Of a DNA stretch of 64,000 bases, positions 39,997 through 53,335 are shown one piece after another. Below the pieces are notes generated by a model that saw nothing but the letters and a program-made list of their open reading frames with translations, was not told the origin of the DNA and searched no databases. How positions within the stretch are numbered: position 1 is the stretch's first letter; every line of letters starts with the position of its first letter. This stretch comes from Pristiophorus japonicus (lineage: Eukaryota). A program made the translations under genes and the position numbers. Location: the NCBI RefSeq assembly GCF_044704955.1, contig NC_091993.1, positions 72,540,001-72,604,000 of the forward strand, read 5' to 3'.

Positions 39997-41786
39997 ATGT
40001 CTTGACAGGCTTAACTGCTGTTCCTGTCAAAATGCCCAACAGTATAAGTCAGGATAGGAAGAGAAAAATAAGCAATGCAGTTGTGCAAGAGGAAAGCTTT
40101 TGTTAGATCACCAAGACACACGATGCATAAATTGGTTCCACAACACCTTCACTGTCAGATATGAAGCAGCATGATCCTTACACATTACCTTCATCTGACA
40201 GAAACTGAATTAGGTGCAGGTATTCTGCTCTCAGCTTACATTCCACGGGCTTAGCCAGTTTGAGCTGGATGAGATACAGGGGCTCAGTTCAAATTACTGG
40301 CCCATCTCTGAATGTCACTGAAGTGCAGAGGTCTGATTCTAATTGATTCCCAGGTGTCCTGCCAGCTTAGTTCTGTTTCAATGGAACAACCCGAAGTGCA
40401 TAAGCTAGACGCTGATTGCAATATCTTCGCCTATCAAATGGATCAAACCATCTCACTGCCTTAAATAAGGGATATCAAATCTTTTGCAATGGTGACCAGA
40501 TATACAAGCACAGGCAGTGAGTGGATCAAGCACGATGACACAAAAAAATCCAAGGATTTGTACACACAATTTCATGTCATACACACAAAATATCAAGCCA
40601 ATGCTCCACTTGAAAACTTCAGCCTCAGCTCTTTGAACTTCCTGAGCTTGGAGGATGGGTCAAGAAAGGTCGATTCCTGATTGGTGAATTTCGACAATCA
40701 GAGAGCAGTTTTTGCACCAATCAAGAAGCCGTCTTTCCCAAATTAAAAAAACCTGAGATTGAACAGCAGTGAAAAAGGCAATGGAATCTGCACAACAGTC
40801 AGGAAAGGAATTTCACAATATCTGCCGTGAAAAGAATGTGACAAGGGAACAATCCCTGGGACTTCACAATTTAAAAAACATTCTCAGGGTGTGGGCATCA
40901 CTGGAAAGTCTGGAAAATTATTTCCCATCGTTAGTTTCCCGTGAGAAGGTGGTGGTGAGCCGCCTTCTTGAACTGCTGCAGTCCGTGTTGTGAAGGTTCT
41001 CCCACAGTGCTGTTAGGGAGGGAATTCCAGGATTTTGACCCAGCGACGATGAAGGAATGGCGATCTACTTCCAGGTCATGATGGTGTTTGACTTGGAGGT
41101 GATGCTGTTACAATTAGAAGCTCATGTGTCCAATCCTGGAATACTCCCTCAGTACTGCACTGCAATGACTGTTTAGATTATGAACACCAGTCACAGATTC
41201 ATTGGATGGGTGATTTTCTTTTCCTGACTTACGGCAGCAATGAGAGGGAGGATGTTTCGCTGAAAGTCCTGACCCCTGTATTAAATCCAAAGTGAGGTTT
41301 GCTTTTAACCACTGGGCAGTTGCCCATTTTAAGCCCTACTTTCCTTCCTGATAGTCCTTTAAAAGCTTACCACAACAATGAAAGGGTGGCCATCCTGCCG
41401 GAACGTTCCGGCCCCTGTAGGGTTTTCTCATTAACCCTGTGAGGCTCAGCTTAAACAAGCTACAGAGTGGAATGAGAAACATAGCTACAATCCCATTTTT
41501 TACAACAGTGTTTAACAAGACTTCCTTTTTCCACGTGATGGGCGTGCCTGTGTATCCATAGTGAACTCCCTGGTCTGGATCAGCAGCTTGTGAGAAAACA
41601 TTGGGATCGGAGCTGGATCTGGACATTTACATTTTAGCTGCAAAAGATGGATCCAAGGGAAGGGGAAGAGGAAGAGGAAGGAGAAGGACAAGGAGAACGA
41701 GAAGGAGAAGGGCCAACAGATTTCTAGCAGAAGAAATGGAGCCCCTGGTGGACATCATTGAGAGGAGATGGGATGTGCTTGAGAAC

Positions 41787-44202
41787 TGTAGGATCCGTTC
41801 CTCCTCCCCCCAATGGTAAAAATTGGACTATTGAATATAAAAATGCAGAACTGCATTACAGCTTAAAGAAAGAACTGGACAGGAAAGGGTTAATTCTTAC
41901 ATTGCAGCCAAACCATCAAATATCATGAGGGACATTCACCAGAAGAGAGCTATTCACACCTTCAATGGTTTTCTGTGGAAAAGATACAGGAATATTCATA
42001 TATTCGTTTACCTTAAGGGGTTACATTGTTTCTGGACTGTGGCTCCTGAATGGCTGGTATAAGGATAGGCCTAGACAATGGACCGGACCCTGAGCCATTT
42101 GGATATGAATGCGACCAGAAAACCAACCATTGTCACCTTGAGAAGGTAATCATGAACAATGACTCTGGATGGGGGACAATTCATCATAGGCAATCCCTTG
42201 GAATCGAGGAAGACTGACGTCCGCTCTTAAAATGAGTCCTTAGGTGGCTGAACAGTCCAATACGAGAACCACAGTCTCTGTCACAGGTGGGACAAACAGT
42301 TGTTGAGGGTAAGGGAGGGTGGGACTGGTTTGCCGCACGCTCTTTCCGCTGCCTGCGCTTGGTTTCTGCACGCTCTTGGCGATGAGACTCGAGGTGCTCA
42401 GCGCCCTCCCGGATGCACTTCTTCCACTTAGAACGGTCTTTGGCCAGGGACTTCCAGGTGTCAGTGGAGATGTTGCACTTTATCAGGGAGGCTTTGAGGG
42501 TGTCCTTGTAATGTTTCCTCTGCCTACCTTTGGCTCGTTTGCCGTGAAGGAGTTCCGAGTAGAGCGCTTGCTTTGGGAGTCTCGTGTCGGGCATGTGGAC
42601 AATGGAGCTGATCAAGTGTGGTCAGTGCTTCAATGCTGGGGATGTTGGCCTGGTCGAGGACGCTAATGTTGATGCGTCTGTCCTCCCAGGGAATTTGTAG
42701 GATCTTGCGGAGACATCGTTGGTGGTATTTCTCCAGCGACTTGAGGTGTCTACTGTACATGGTCTATGTCTCTGAGCCATACAGGAGGGCAGGTATTACT
42801 ACAGCCCTGTAGTCCATGAGCTTGGTGGCAGTTTTGAGTGCCTGATCTTCAAACACTTTTCCTCAAGTGGCCGAAGGCTGCACTGGCGCACTAAAGGCAG
42901 TGTTGAATCTCCTCGTCAATGTCTGCTCTCACTTAAGTGCATTCACTTAAATCCTTACTTTAAACCCAACCCTGCGAATCCCACAAGTTCGGGCCTACCT
43001 CAGGCTTCCCACCACACCACCCATCGGCAACGACAACCGGACTGCCAGCGACGACCGGGCCTTCTGTGGCGACGACCTGGAACTCTTCCCCCCGATTCGG
43101 CGGCCTCCTCCTCGGCGTCGACTCACCTACTTCACCCGATCCTTGATCCCCGACGACGCCCGGCGAGCCAGGTGAGCCTCCGACCAGGCGATCGGGCTCC
43201 TCCCCTCCAGCAGCGATCGGGCCCCATCCAGCGGCGGCAGATGGGCCTCTCCTCCACGATGGTGTCTGGGCCTCCTCGACGACGGCTGGACCTCTCCTTC
43301 CCCACAGGTGACCTCCTCCTCAATGGCGACCGGGCCCTCCTCTCACATGTCGGCGACTGGCCTCCCCTCCTCCTTCAGCGACGACTGGACCTCTCCTTCC
43401 CCACCGGTGACCTGGCCTCTTCTTCTCATCCAGCACGTGGTGAGTAACATGGCTGTGACCCCCCCCCCCTTGACCTTCCACTCTGAACCCCAGTGGGCCA
43501 CTGACCCTCCCAATGCCTGCTCCCAACCAAGCCTCGGGCCACCTACCATCAAGGGCGCTACTCAGCGCCGAGCTTGCGGCCAACATCTAGGCCCACCTAG
43601 GCCCATAAAGCAGTGCCAGGTCTCCAGTCGTCTTGGACCCCCTTGCCACTGGATCAAGACCGTGCTCAGATGGGGGACAATTAGCCATCAAAAGTTCACA
43701 TTTGATGTGGCCATCGTGTTAACTCGGTTTCAAGATTGCAAGTTGGTTTTTGGTATAAAGAAAACCCATTTTTCGAGGGCAGAAGGCAGCAGAACACAAT
43801 ATTACAGGAACAGCAACAGAGGCCAGCCAGTCTTCGGGACTCAAGCTGCAACCAAGGAAAGGGCCTACAGTCAACTTCAGAAGACAGCCGAGGAATTGGT
43901 GATTGTAGGTTTTGTTCCAGCCAAATCATAGACAGGTTTTGTGTTTGGGTCTGGGTAACTTTATGTGTAACAGTCAAATCGCGTACGAGTTTAATTTTGT
44001 CCAATTGTGCCGATGCAAATGACCTTTTCTTAGGGGTTTGTATTGTGGGCTTGTTCATCCCACATCGATCGTAGGGATTTATACTCAGGAGGTAGTTGTG
44101 GGTATGTTCAATAAAACGTACGAACCTTGGTTGAGCCAAAGACCCTGTGCTGTGAAGTCAAGAACTGTGTAACGGGGAACTCGGCATTTAGTAACCCTTA
44201 CA
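41787..44202 (+). mobile_element. Solo LTR (about 915 bp net) inserted in the Myb exon
   Basis: TGTAGG...CTTACA termini; perfect 4-bp TSD gaac (41783-41786 and 44203-44206); AATAAA near 44110; the Myb frame rejoins across it. Confidence 0.85.
42182..43668 (-). mobile_element. RTE insertion with an inverted 5' segment
   Basis: 14-bp TSD gatgggggacaatt (42168-42181 and 43669-43682). RTE C-terminus on the - strand at 42182 to about 42930; 5'UTR-type sequence on the + strand to 43668. Confidence 0.85.
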
Positions 44203-45879
44203 GAACAAAGGGAGAATGGGAGAAAAGAAACTGAAACCCTCTCTACTAGCAAAACTTTGGGAACAAGTTGCAGAAGGGTTCAATGCAGTGGCCATGACCC
44301 CGAGAAGCAGCGTGCAGGTCAAAAAGAAATGACAGGACCTTGGCCAAGCAGTTACTGTAAGTAATATTTTTATTTATGCACTGCAATTACATTTGTACAT
44401 GTGTGTGTGTGTGTGTCTGTGTGTGTCTGTGTGTGTGTGTGGTCACCACAGCAGAAGGACCCGCTCTTAAAAAGTTCTATTTTCATCTTTGCAGATCAAC
44501 CGAGAAAGGTCACAAACTGGAGGAGGTGCGCCAAGTAGGCTGCAACTAACAGTTGTGGAACAGAGGATCGCTGATATGATTCAATCTCGCAAGAGAAGAT
44601 CAACTACCAATGTGGATCCAGGTTACCGACAGAGGGTAGGCCCTGCCGTGTACTCATGTCACCCTGCCCCCTCCCCTGCTGCTAACCAAACATCTGCTCT
44701 GTTATGTTTTTCAGATGTTGCACATCAGGATGAGACAGAAGCTGAAGCAGAAGATCAGGAAGCCAGCAGTCCAGATATTCTTCATCACCTTCAGGACGAG
44801 GATGAGCTGGAGAATGAAAGGCAGCAGGAAGACCCCAATACTGAGATGGTTACATTGCAATTGGAGCTGGTGAACCCCCAGAGGATGCCAAGCCCTTTGC
44901 TGAGCAATACAACCGACGTGACATTTCATGGGGTACAGTCTGAGACTGCGTGTCCCAGTGGGATGCAGCCGAGGAGGGTGGGAAGGAGAGCTCAACCTGA
45001 AATGCAGGATGCAGGGGACATAGGACAGCTCATGGGAATGAGTAGGGAGAGCACTGAGCTAATGAGATCGCTCCTGGACACATGAGTGGGGTGAGGGTAG
45101 AATTAGCGGGACTGTCAGTAGAAGTAGCAACACTGCCTGGAGGAATAGGAGCAGTGTCGGGACAGATGAGGGAGGGGATGTCGGAGATTGGAGAGGGAAT
45201 GTTGGAGATTAGGGAGGGAATGTCGGAGGCAGCTGATGCAGTGTTGGGACAGATTAGGGAGGGAATGTCGGAGATAGCTGCTGCAATAAGTGGACACACC
45301 CAGTCTGTCATTGCCCAACAGCAATTGGCAGCATCAACTGCTGACACTCACTTACCAATCCCCAGACCAACCTCAGGTCGTGTGTCGCGGGTTGATCCAC
45401 AGCTGAAGAAGAGTCCGACGATGAACCCGGGCCTTCCACAATGCTGTCTGCTAGGTCTGCCCCTGTCCAACCCCACCAACAACAAATGCGCCTTCGCGCA
45501 GAAAACAAAAAAAACCTTGGGATCAGGATGAGGAAGCAGAAGTCTGAGACAACGGGCATGGGTAGGGGTAGAGACAACAACAGGGGCAAAAGGTCTTTGA
45601 ATAAGGGGGAAGAGAGATGGCTGCAGCTAGAGTTTGTTTGTTGCTGCTACTTGTTGTTTTCTTCATTGAAAAGTTTACAGTTTGATACAAAATGTTTTAT
45701 TAAAGTTAAGTAAAACTATACAAATGTTTAATAAACCTAATTATTTTTAAAATTTAAGCAGAATCCTGCACATTATTTATTGAATTAAAGCCACATAAAT
45801 CAACACAACATTACGTACGTTATTATGTATATTATTTTTTCACACTAACAGGTGCAAAGAGTCAACCGTTTAGTCGTCA

Positions 45880-47000
45880 GGCAGCAAAGCGATCAGGGAT
45901 TAACCGCTGATGCAAGTCTCTAGCTACGGCTATAGGTGCACGAGGCCGCCTCCTCCGCTGTTGTCCTGTGGGTTGAGGTGGTGGCATGGGTTCATCATCG
46001 TCCTCCTCCTCCTGCTGCTGGTCCTTCTCGTCCTCCTGCTGCTCCTCCTCCTCCTCGTCCTCCTCTTCCCCCCACTTCTCCCCTCAGGAGGATCTTCAAT
46101 CATGGCCACGTTGTGCAGCATGCAGCACATGACAGTGAACTGACCGACGTGGTGAGGGGCGTATTGCAAGTAGCCTCCAGCGTGGTCCAAGCATCGGAAA
46201 TGCTGCTTCAGTATGCCAATTGTCCGCTCTATGATGCTCTGTGTCATTATGTGCGACATGTTGTACTGACACTTTGGCTCAGTGCGGGGATTGCGTAGGG
46301 GGGGTCATAGCCAGGTGGCGAGCCCGTACTCTAGGATGAAAGCATCATGGATGCTACCTGGGTATTTGGCATCCACTGCCATGATCCGATGCAGATCGCT
46401 GCAGACGAGCTGCACATTTAGGAAGTGGAACCCTTTCCTGTTGCAATAAACCACGGAGTCTTCCAACGGTGCTCGCAAGGTGATGTGGGTACAGTCGAAC
46501 ACACCCTGTACCTTTGGGAAGCCAACAATTCTGGAGAACCCCACAGCCCTGTCTCGCATTGCCTGCGTGGTCTTAGGGAAATTGATGAACATCCAATTTG
46601 GCATCCAGTGCAGCAGTCACCTGTCGAATGCAGCAATGTGTGGTGTGCTGCGAGATGCAGCATATGTCCCCAGTTGCTGCTTGAAATGAGCCAGAAGCAT
46701 AGAAGGCAAGTGCTGCAGTGACCTTCCCTTCCACAGCCTGCCATTTCTTGGCTGTATGTCTGACCTGACTAGCTGGCAGGTCTCGGTGATGACCTCCTTT
46801 CTAAATCGCAGCCTGTGAATGCAGTCTGCCTCACTCGGGTGTAGGTATGAGCGCCTGTCTCTGTAGATTCGATCAGGGTATGGCCTCCTCCCCATTAATG
46901 CCTGAGCGATCTGCTTTCTGCGATCGTGGCGTTGTATTATCCGTCGCCTCTGCATGGCCTGCATGTAAACCAACCTTACTACATAGTACTATTTGCACCC
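45880..47000 (-). pseudogene. Harbinger DDE transposase (HARBI1-like), frameshifted
   Basis: GFPKVQGVFDCTHI, YCNRKGFHFLNVQLVC, KYPGSIHDAFIL, IIERTIGILKQHFRCLD, CCMLHN. Confidence 0.92.
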
Positions 47001-47045
47001 ATAATTATTATTCCTAATTTTGTTATTCTTGTCATTGTGAGAGAG

Positions 47046-47450
47046 TCATCATCGTCATAGGTGATCCCTCGAAGCGAGGATGACTTGCTTCCATGCCAAA
47101 AAGGGATCAGTTCACAGGTGTTTCAATGAAGGACATAATATTCCAGATCCAGAACTACATCCTGAAGATGCCTGTGCGTGGATTTTTTAACATGTGGTGG
47201 CCGTTGCACACCAGCCACCACATGGGCCTGACAGAGCTAGGTCTTGGTCCAGTGGCAAGGATTGTCCAAGACAACTGGAGACCTGCTCTGCTGCACGGAC
47301 CTAGTGCGCACACATATCGCAGTATGGGCTGGCCCGTGCTGCCCCTGGGCCCTTGCCTCTTCTGGCCCCGAACTCACGCCTCTCCCAGGTCCCGATCACC
47401 TCTCTACAATCTCTCACCGCTCCTTTGCCCCGACCGCCTGTTGTACCTGT
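47046..47450 (-). mobile_element. Non-autonomous RTE-derived element, truncated by the ERV insertion
   Basis: Reverse complement of about 33820-34206. Confidence 0.85.
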
Positions 47451-49591
47451 TGTCGAAATCTCGACCTCCGATAAACGACTCAGACACCTTCAGCTCCGGC
47501 AGAAGTTTCTTTAATTTACTTGCTGGCAAGGGAAAGGTCACACTCAGTCAATGGCAAAGTGAACACCTCCGAAATGGTACAGTTTCATGAGATATTTATA
47601 CAGTAAAACCCAAGTTATGGCCTCTCCCTGTGTATTGGCTCTGTCTCGCAGTCAGTGAAGACAGATAAAGAGTTAATTACTACATCCTTGTCCTGACGTG
47701 GTTTCCAGATATTTCCTTTTGTCAGGGTTATAAGTTGGCCAACCGGCCATTACTTGATGAGAGTGTGGTAATGAGCTATTACCTGCCTTGCATTGTGTCA
47801 GGATGGTCCAGTTTTTAAAAAGGAGGGAGAGAGAAAACAGGGAATTATAGACCGGTCAGCCTGACCTCAGTAGCGGGTAAAATGATGGAATCAATAATTA
47901 AGGATGTCATAGCAGCGCATTTTGAAAGAGGTGACATGATAGGTCCAAGTCAGCATGGATTTGTGAAAGGGAAATCATGCTTGACAAATCTTCTGGAATT
48001 TTTTGAGGATGTTTCCAGTAAAGTGGACAAGGGAGAACCAGTTGATGTGGTATATTTGGACTTTCAGAAGGCTTTCGACAAGGTCCCACACAAAAGATTA
48101 ATGTGCAAAGTTAAAGCACATGGGATTGGGGGTAGTGTGCTGACGTGGATTGAGAACTGGTTGTCAGACAGGAAGCAAAGACTAGGTGTAAATGGGTACT
48201 TTTCAGAATGGCAGGCAGTGACTAGTGGGGTACCGCAAGGTTCTGTGCTGGGGCCCCAGCTGTTTACATTGTACATTAATGATTTAGACGAGGGGATTAA
48301 ATGTAGTATCTCCAAATTTGCGGATGACACTAAGTTGGGTGGCAGTGTGAGCTGCGAGGAGGATGCTATGAGGCTGCAGAGTGACTTGGATAGGTTAGGT
48401 GAGTGGGCAAATGCATGGCAGATGAAGTGTAATGTGGATAAATGTGAGGTTATCCACTTTGGTGGTAAAAACAGAGAGACAGACTATTATCTGAATGGTG
48501 ACAGATTAGGAAAAGGGGAGGTGCAACGAGACCTGGGTGTCATGGTACATGAGTCATTGAAGGTTGGCATGCAGGTACAGCAGGTGGTTAAGAAAGCAAA
48601 TGGCATGTTGGCCTTCATAGCGAGGGGATTTGAGTACAGGGGCAGGGAGGTGTTGCTACAGTTGTACAGGGCCTTGGTGAGGCCACACCTGGAGTATTGT
48701 GTACAGTTTTGGTCTCCTAACTTGAGGAAGGACATTCTTGCTATTGAGGGAGTGCAGCGAAGATTCACCAGACTGATTCCCAGGATGGTGGGACTGACCT
48801 ATCAAGAAAGACTGGATCAACTGGGCTTGTATTCACTGGAGTTCAGAAGAATGAGAGGGGACCTCATAGAACCGTTTAGAATTCTGACGGGTTTAGACAG
48901 GTTAGATGCAGGAAGAATGTTCCCAATGTTGGGGAAGTCCAGAACCAGGGGTCACAGTCTAAGAATAAGGGGTAAGCCATTTAGGACCGAGATGAGGAGA
49001 AACTTCTTCACCCAGAGAGTGGTGAACCTGTGGAATTCTCTACCACAGAAAGTAGTTGAGGCCAATTCACTAAATATATTCAAAAGGGAGTTAGATGAAG
49101 TCCTTACTACTCGGGGGATCAAGGGGTATGGCGAGAAAGCAGGAAGCGGGTACTGAAGTTGCATGTTCAGCCATGAACTCATTGAATGGCGGTGCAGGCT
49201 AGAAGGGCTGAATGGCGTACTCCTGCACCTATTTTCTATGTTTCTATGTTTCTATGTTTCCTGGTCAGTTATCTTTTTGCATCAAATGGATGAGGTCTCT
49301 ACAAGAGATAATGGCTAGTGGTTTGAGTACTTCGAAAAGGGTGGAGTGGAGTGGAACTGGTGTTGTATAGACAGTAGGAGAGCACCATGGGGGGGGGTAC
49401 TTGTCTTCAACAGGACTTGTCTTCTAGCTGTCTGGTGGCTATCAGCCATTTCAATCCAGGTTTAGCTGTTCATGCTAACCGACTGCTTGTTGCAGAAATT
49501 CCTGGAAGGACCAGGACTCCAATTTTGTTTTATATTAAAAAGGGCACAAAACTACAGTGTGGTACAGCTTAGATAAAAATACATTTCCACA
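47451..49591 (-). repeat. ERV 3' LTR (about 690 bp net, split by a CR1)
   Basis: PPT aaaatgggggaa followed by TGTGGAAAT...ATTTCGACA; TATAAA at 47595-47600 and ATTAAA at 47510-47515 on the - strand. Confidence 0.85.
47812..49260 (+). mobile_element. Young 5'-truncated CR1 LINE inside the LTR
   Basis: Uninterrupted 424-aa RT/C-terminal ORF (47882-49156, KFADDTKL); (ttctatgt)n tail. Confidence 0.95.
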
Positions 49592-50967
49592 TTCCCCCAT
49601 TTTGTCCTTCACAAGGACAACTTAATCCATTCTGATCTTGTACAGTCTCTATTTCCATTTCCACACAAGAGCCTTCAGTAGTTGTTGCTACCATAACTCT
49701 AGCCGTGGTCTCGGTAGGTAACATGGTTTTTCCCGCCCTGGCACAGCAACACTTAACCAAGACAAGTAATAGATATAGGGCGAAGCCTATCAGCAGGAAT
49801 ATGATCAAACCCTGTACCACAGATCTCCCTGGGGATCCCAACCATCCCAATGCCCAACCCCACAAGGTGATACCGTCCTGGCTTATACTCTATTATAATG
49901 TATTCAGCTAGACTGCCGATTTCTTCTGATTTATCCGGGATATACGTACAGCATTCTCCACCTATTAATGCGCAGGTTCCTCCTTCCTTGGCTAGGAGAT
50001 AATCTAAGGTCATACAATTTTGGAAAGCCACTGTTCGAATAGCTACCATTTTATCATTCACCCCTTCGAAGGCTTGGGAAGTTGCATTGGCTACTGATTC
50101 GACTAAGTTAGCCAGTTCCCGTAACTGCCATTCGGTTGATGCTATTCCATAGTGTGGCACCATTACCTTGAATATTCCATTTAGCCATGTCAAATCCCGT
50201 TTAACTCTATGACTTCCATAGGCATCCCTTAGAGTCTTTATTGGTCTGATAAAGGGTACCACATATCCTAAGTAACAGGACCCTGTCCAGTTGGCTGGTA
50301 ACCATGGGTAGGCTTTATGGCCACAAATAAAGTAGGTGCAATTATAGGACATCAGCTCCTGGTCCTTTCGCGCCATCCATACTCGAGTGGTCTCACCTTC
50401 CCACTCTTCACCTGGGGCTTTGTTATGGACCATCGTCCAGCCAACGGTTGCTATCTTTCTCCCATCAGTGGGATTAGTTGTGGCTTGCCATTTAGTCATT
50501 TGGGAACACTTGCTGCGTCCTATTTCTGGTCCTTTAGTCTCATTACTCACTAGGCATATTATACCTTCAGGATTTCCTATTCCGGGAGTAATACTTAGGA
50601 AGGGAGGCTGACGGTTATTATTATAATTTGGCTGGTACCATCCCTGGAAGGTTGTAAGTTTATACCCTGCTGACCTCCATTCTGTTTGCTCCTTCATTTC
50701 TGACACCTTGGTTAGGTTTGTCCTATTTTGCACTATCAACCATTCTACCATTTCTGATTTGTTAAAGGGGACAGATCTCAGGGGAATACCCCCTTCGGAG
50801 TGGACAGGTACATGGGAACATATCCAACAACTCGACAAGTTTCTTTCTTGAGCATACTTATGACTCAGTGCCATAAATACGTTTACTTGCAGTTCCCTTC
50901 GGTGGCGTGTCTGTACCCCTGATATAATCAATAATGCAAAGTAAAACTCTGTCAAGCCCAGCACCAT
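49569..50967 (-). pseudogene. env: Gamma-type retroviral Env with one frameshift before the membrane anchor
   Basis: Signal peptide, CWIC, furin site RVKR, ISD-like QNCMTLDYLLA, CX6CC (CALIGGECC); membrane anchor in another frame (49569-49865). Confidence 0.92.
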
Positions 50968-50996
50968 CAGTCGTCATTGTCCGTACAGTTCCTTAT

Positions 50997-53335
50997 TCAG
51001 TCTTCCTTTTTCTGTTCCTCTGGTTCCTTCTTCCCTTCCTCCTGGTCAGGTGCCCTTTTGCAATGGGATGCGTGGATCCATGTTGGTCTTTCCTTTACCT
51101 TGATTGCAGTATTGGTCGCCAGCAAGACCTGGTATGGTCCTTCAAATCTTGGCTGTAGACTGTTTTTTCTTTTAAAGATTTTGATGTAAACGAATTCTCC
51201 GGGCTCCAGGTTATGACACTTCCCTTCCGCTGGCTTGACTTGAGCTTCCTTTACCTGTGAATGAAAGCTGGAAATACATTTGGTTAGTGCAATACAATAA
51301 TTCAACATATTTTCCTCCATTTTGTGGATGTCCATTTGTTTTGCAGTAAATGGTGCTGTAAAAGGTAGTCATTGGGGACGTCCCATAACTATCTCATGCG
51401 GTGACAGGCCTGTTGTTCTGTTGGTTGCAGATCGCATTACCATCAAAGCTAAGGGCAGCAGTTCTGTCCATTTCAGTCCAGTGTCATTGCATAATTTTGC
51501 CAGCTTATTTTTAAGCATTCCATTATATCTTTCAACAAGTCCAGCTGATTGTGGATGATAACTGCAATGAAAACGTTGATTAATCTGTAAAGCTTTACAC
51601 ATTTCTCTTATAACAGTTCCCGTGAAATGTGACCCGTTATCACTAGAAAGCTTCGCAGGGATTCCAAAGCACGGTACGATTTCTTTTAACAAACATTTAG
51701 CAACAGTAGTGGCATCGGCCTTTTTACATGGAAAGGCTTCAATCCATCTAGAGAACACATCTACAATAATGAATAGATACTTGAATCCCATACACATAGG
51801 TAATTCAATAAAATCCATTTGTAAATGTGCAAAAGGCCCCACTGGATTTGGGTGGGAGGCATATTCTACTTTTTCCGTCTTACCCGGATTCATTGTCTGA
51901 CAGGTAACACAATTTTCACAGATTTGTTTTGCAATTGCCGAAATACCTGGTGCATACCAAGTTGCCAAAATATAATCTGCCATCCCCCCTTTGCCTGCAT
52001 GTGTGAATGTATGAACACATCGGGCAATCCATGGAAGTAAGGATCTGGGCGCCACCACGCGGCCGTCGTGGTGAGCCCATATTCCTTCTGGATTTTTATA
52101 ACATTGATCCTTCGTCCAGGTCACCACCTCCTCCGTACTGTCCTGTGTCTGAAAGGTCAGCACGTCATTAATAGTGGGTGGCGGGTCTGAGCAATTATTT
52201 TTCCTTAGTGGAAACAATGACACCTGCATATCCCCCCTTTTGACAGAGCTGCTGACTTAGCTGCATTATCAGCTCTGGCGTTCCCAAGTGCCACCTCATT
52301 CGACTGGCCTGTATGTGCTTGGCATTTGATAATGGCAAGTTTCAAGGGGCATTGAATGGCTCGCAGGAGATTTTCCACTTGTTCTGCATTTTTGATAGTG
52401 GTTCCTGAAGAAGTCAGGTACTCGCGAATCTTCCAAATTTGTCCATCGTCCATCCCAAAAGCATACCTGGAGTCAGTGTAGATATTAATTGTTTGTCCTT
52501 CAGCCAGAATACAGGCTCAAGTTAACGCAAACAATTCGGCTTGTTGGGCTGAAAAGGAGTCTGGAAGAGAGGCTGTTTTGACAACATTAAACTGGGTTAC
52601 AATTGCTCTAGGTTGGCCCCTATCAATTCGTAAGGCTGATCCGTCAACATAGTACACTAGATCAGGGTTACACATTGGTACATCTGTTAAATTGATACGT
52701 GGTTTAGTCACTAATTCAGTTACCATTTTACATTAATGGGGTTCGCCGTCTTCTTCCGTGGGTAGTAGAGTGGCTGGATTTAAGGTAGTACATCTTTTGA
52801 TGATAAGGTTTGGATTTGATAACAGTTCGACCTCATACTTAGTGGTTCTTGTAGAAGTTAGGTGTGGGGTGGCACATTTAGGAAGTAAAATCTCGACAGG
52901 GTGTGGGATATATAAAACGGTTTGATGATTTAGAGTTATTGTCTGAGCCTGTTGTATAGCATAATAAGCTGCTGCCAACGAAGGAAGACATCCTGGTAGT
53001 CCGCGTGCCACTGGGTCTAGTTGGGTACTGAAATACGCTACCGGCCGCTGCCTATCCCCATGTAACTGAGTCAAAACAGATTGTGCAAAACCCAACTTGT
53101 GATGAACAAATAAGTTGAATGGCTGAGTGTAATCTGGTAATCCCAAGGCTGGTGCTGAAGTGAGGGACTGCTTAAGATTCTGGAAAGCATTCCGGGGATA
53201 CTTCATTCCAAATCCTTCTTTAAGCATTGTGAGAATATAGTAGATTCATTCACAGCTCGTAGGTCTTGGACAAACCTCCATTTGTCACTGTTGGGCTTCT
53301 GAACCGGAAGAATCGGTTTGTTACACGGACTTCTC
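50997..53335 (-). pseudogene. pol: Retroviral pol remnant (RT start, connection, RNase H, integrase)
   Basis: SPCNKPILPVQKP..WRFVQDLRAVN then a deletion; APALGLPDY, RPVAYFS, YVDGS, SAQQAEL; IN HHCC, QMDFIEL, SSDNGSHF, YHPQSAGLVER, FEGPYQV; in-frame stop at 51369. Confidence 0.93.

Larger units (their letters stand above)
41648..45600 (+). pseudogene. Harbinger Myb/SANT-like DNA-binding gene, spliced, interrupted by an LTR
   Basis: RRANRFLAEEMEPLVDIIERRWDVLEN | KG..KLWEQVAEGFNA..R..QVKKK*QDL; donor gtaagt at 44357; acceptor ttgcag ending 44494, then NRERSQTGGG..LTVVEQRI. Confidence 0.82.
41205..47045. mobile_element. Harbinger/PIF transposon with convergent Myb-like and transposase genes; right end lost
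   Basis: Both diagnostic genes are present; outer boundaries are approximate. Confidence 0.85.

Noticed and set aside
45880-47000. Domesticated HARBI1/NAIF1 pair
   Set aside because: Both genes are frameshifted or interrupted; ordinary decayed Harbinger.
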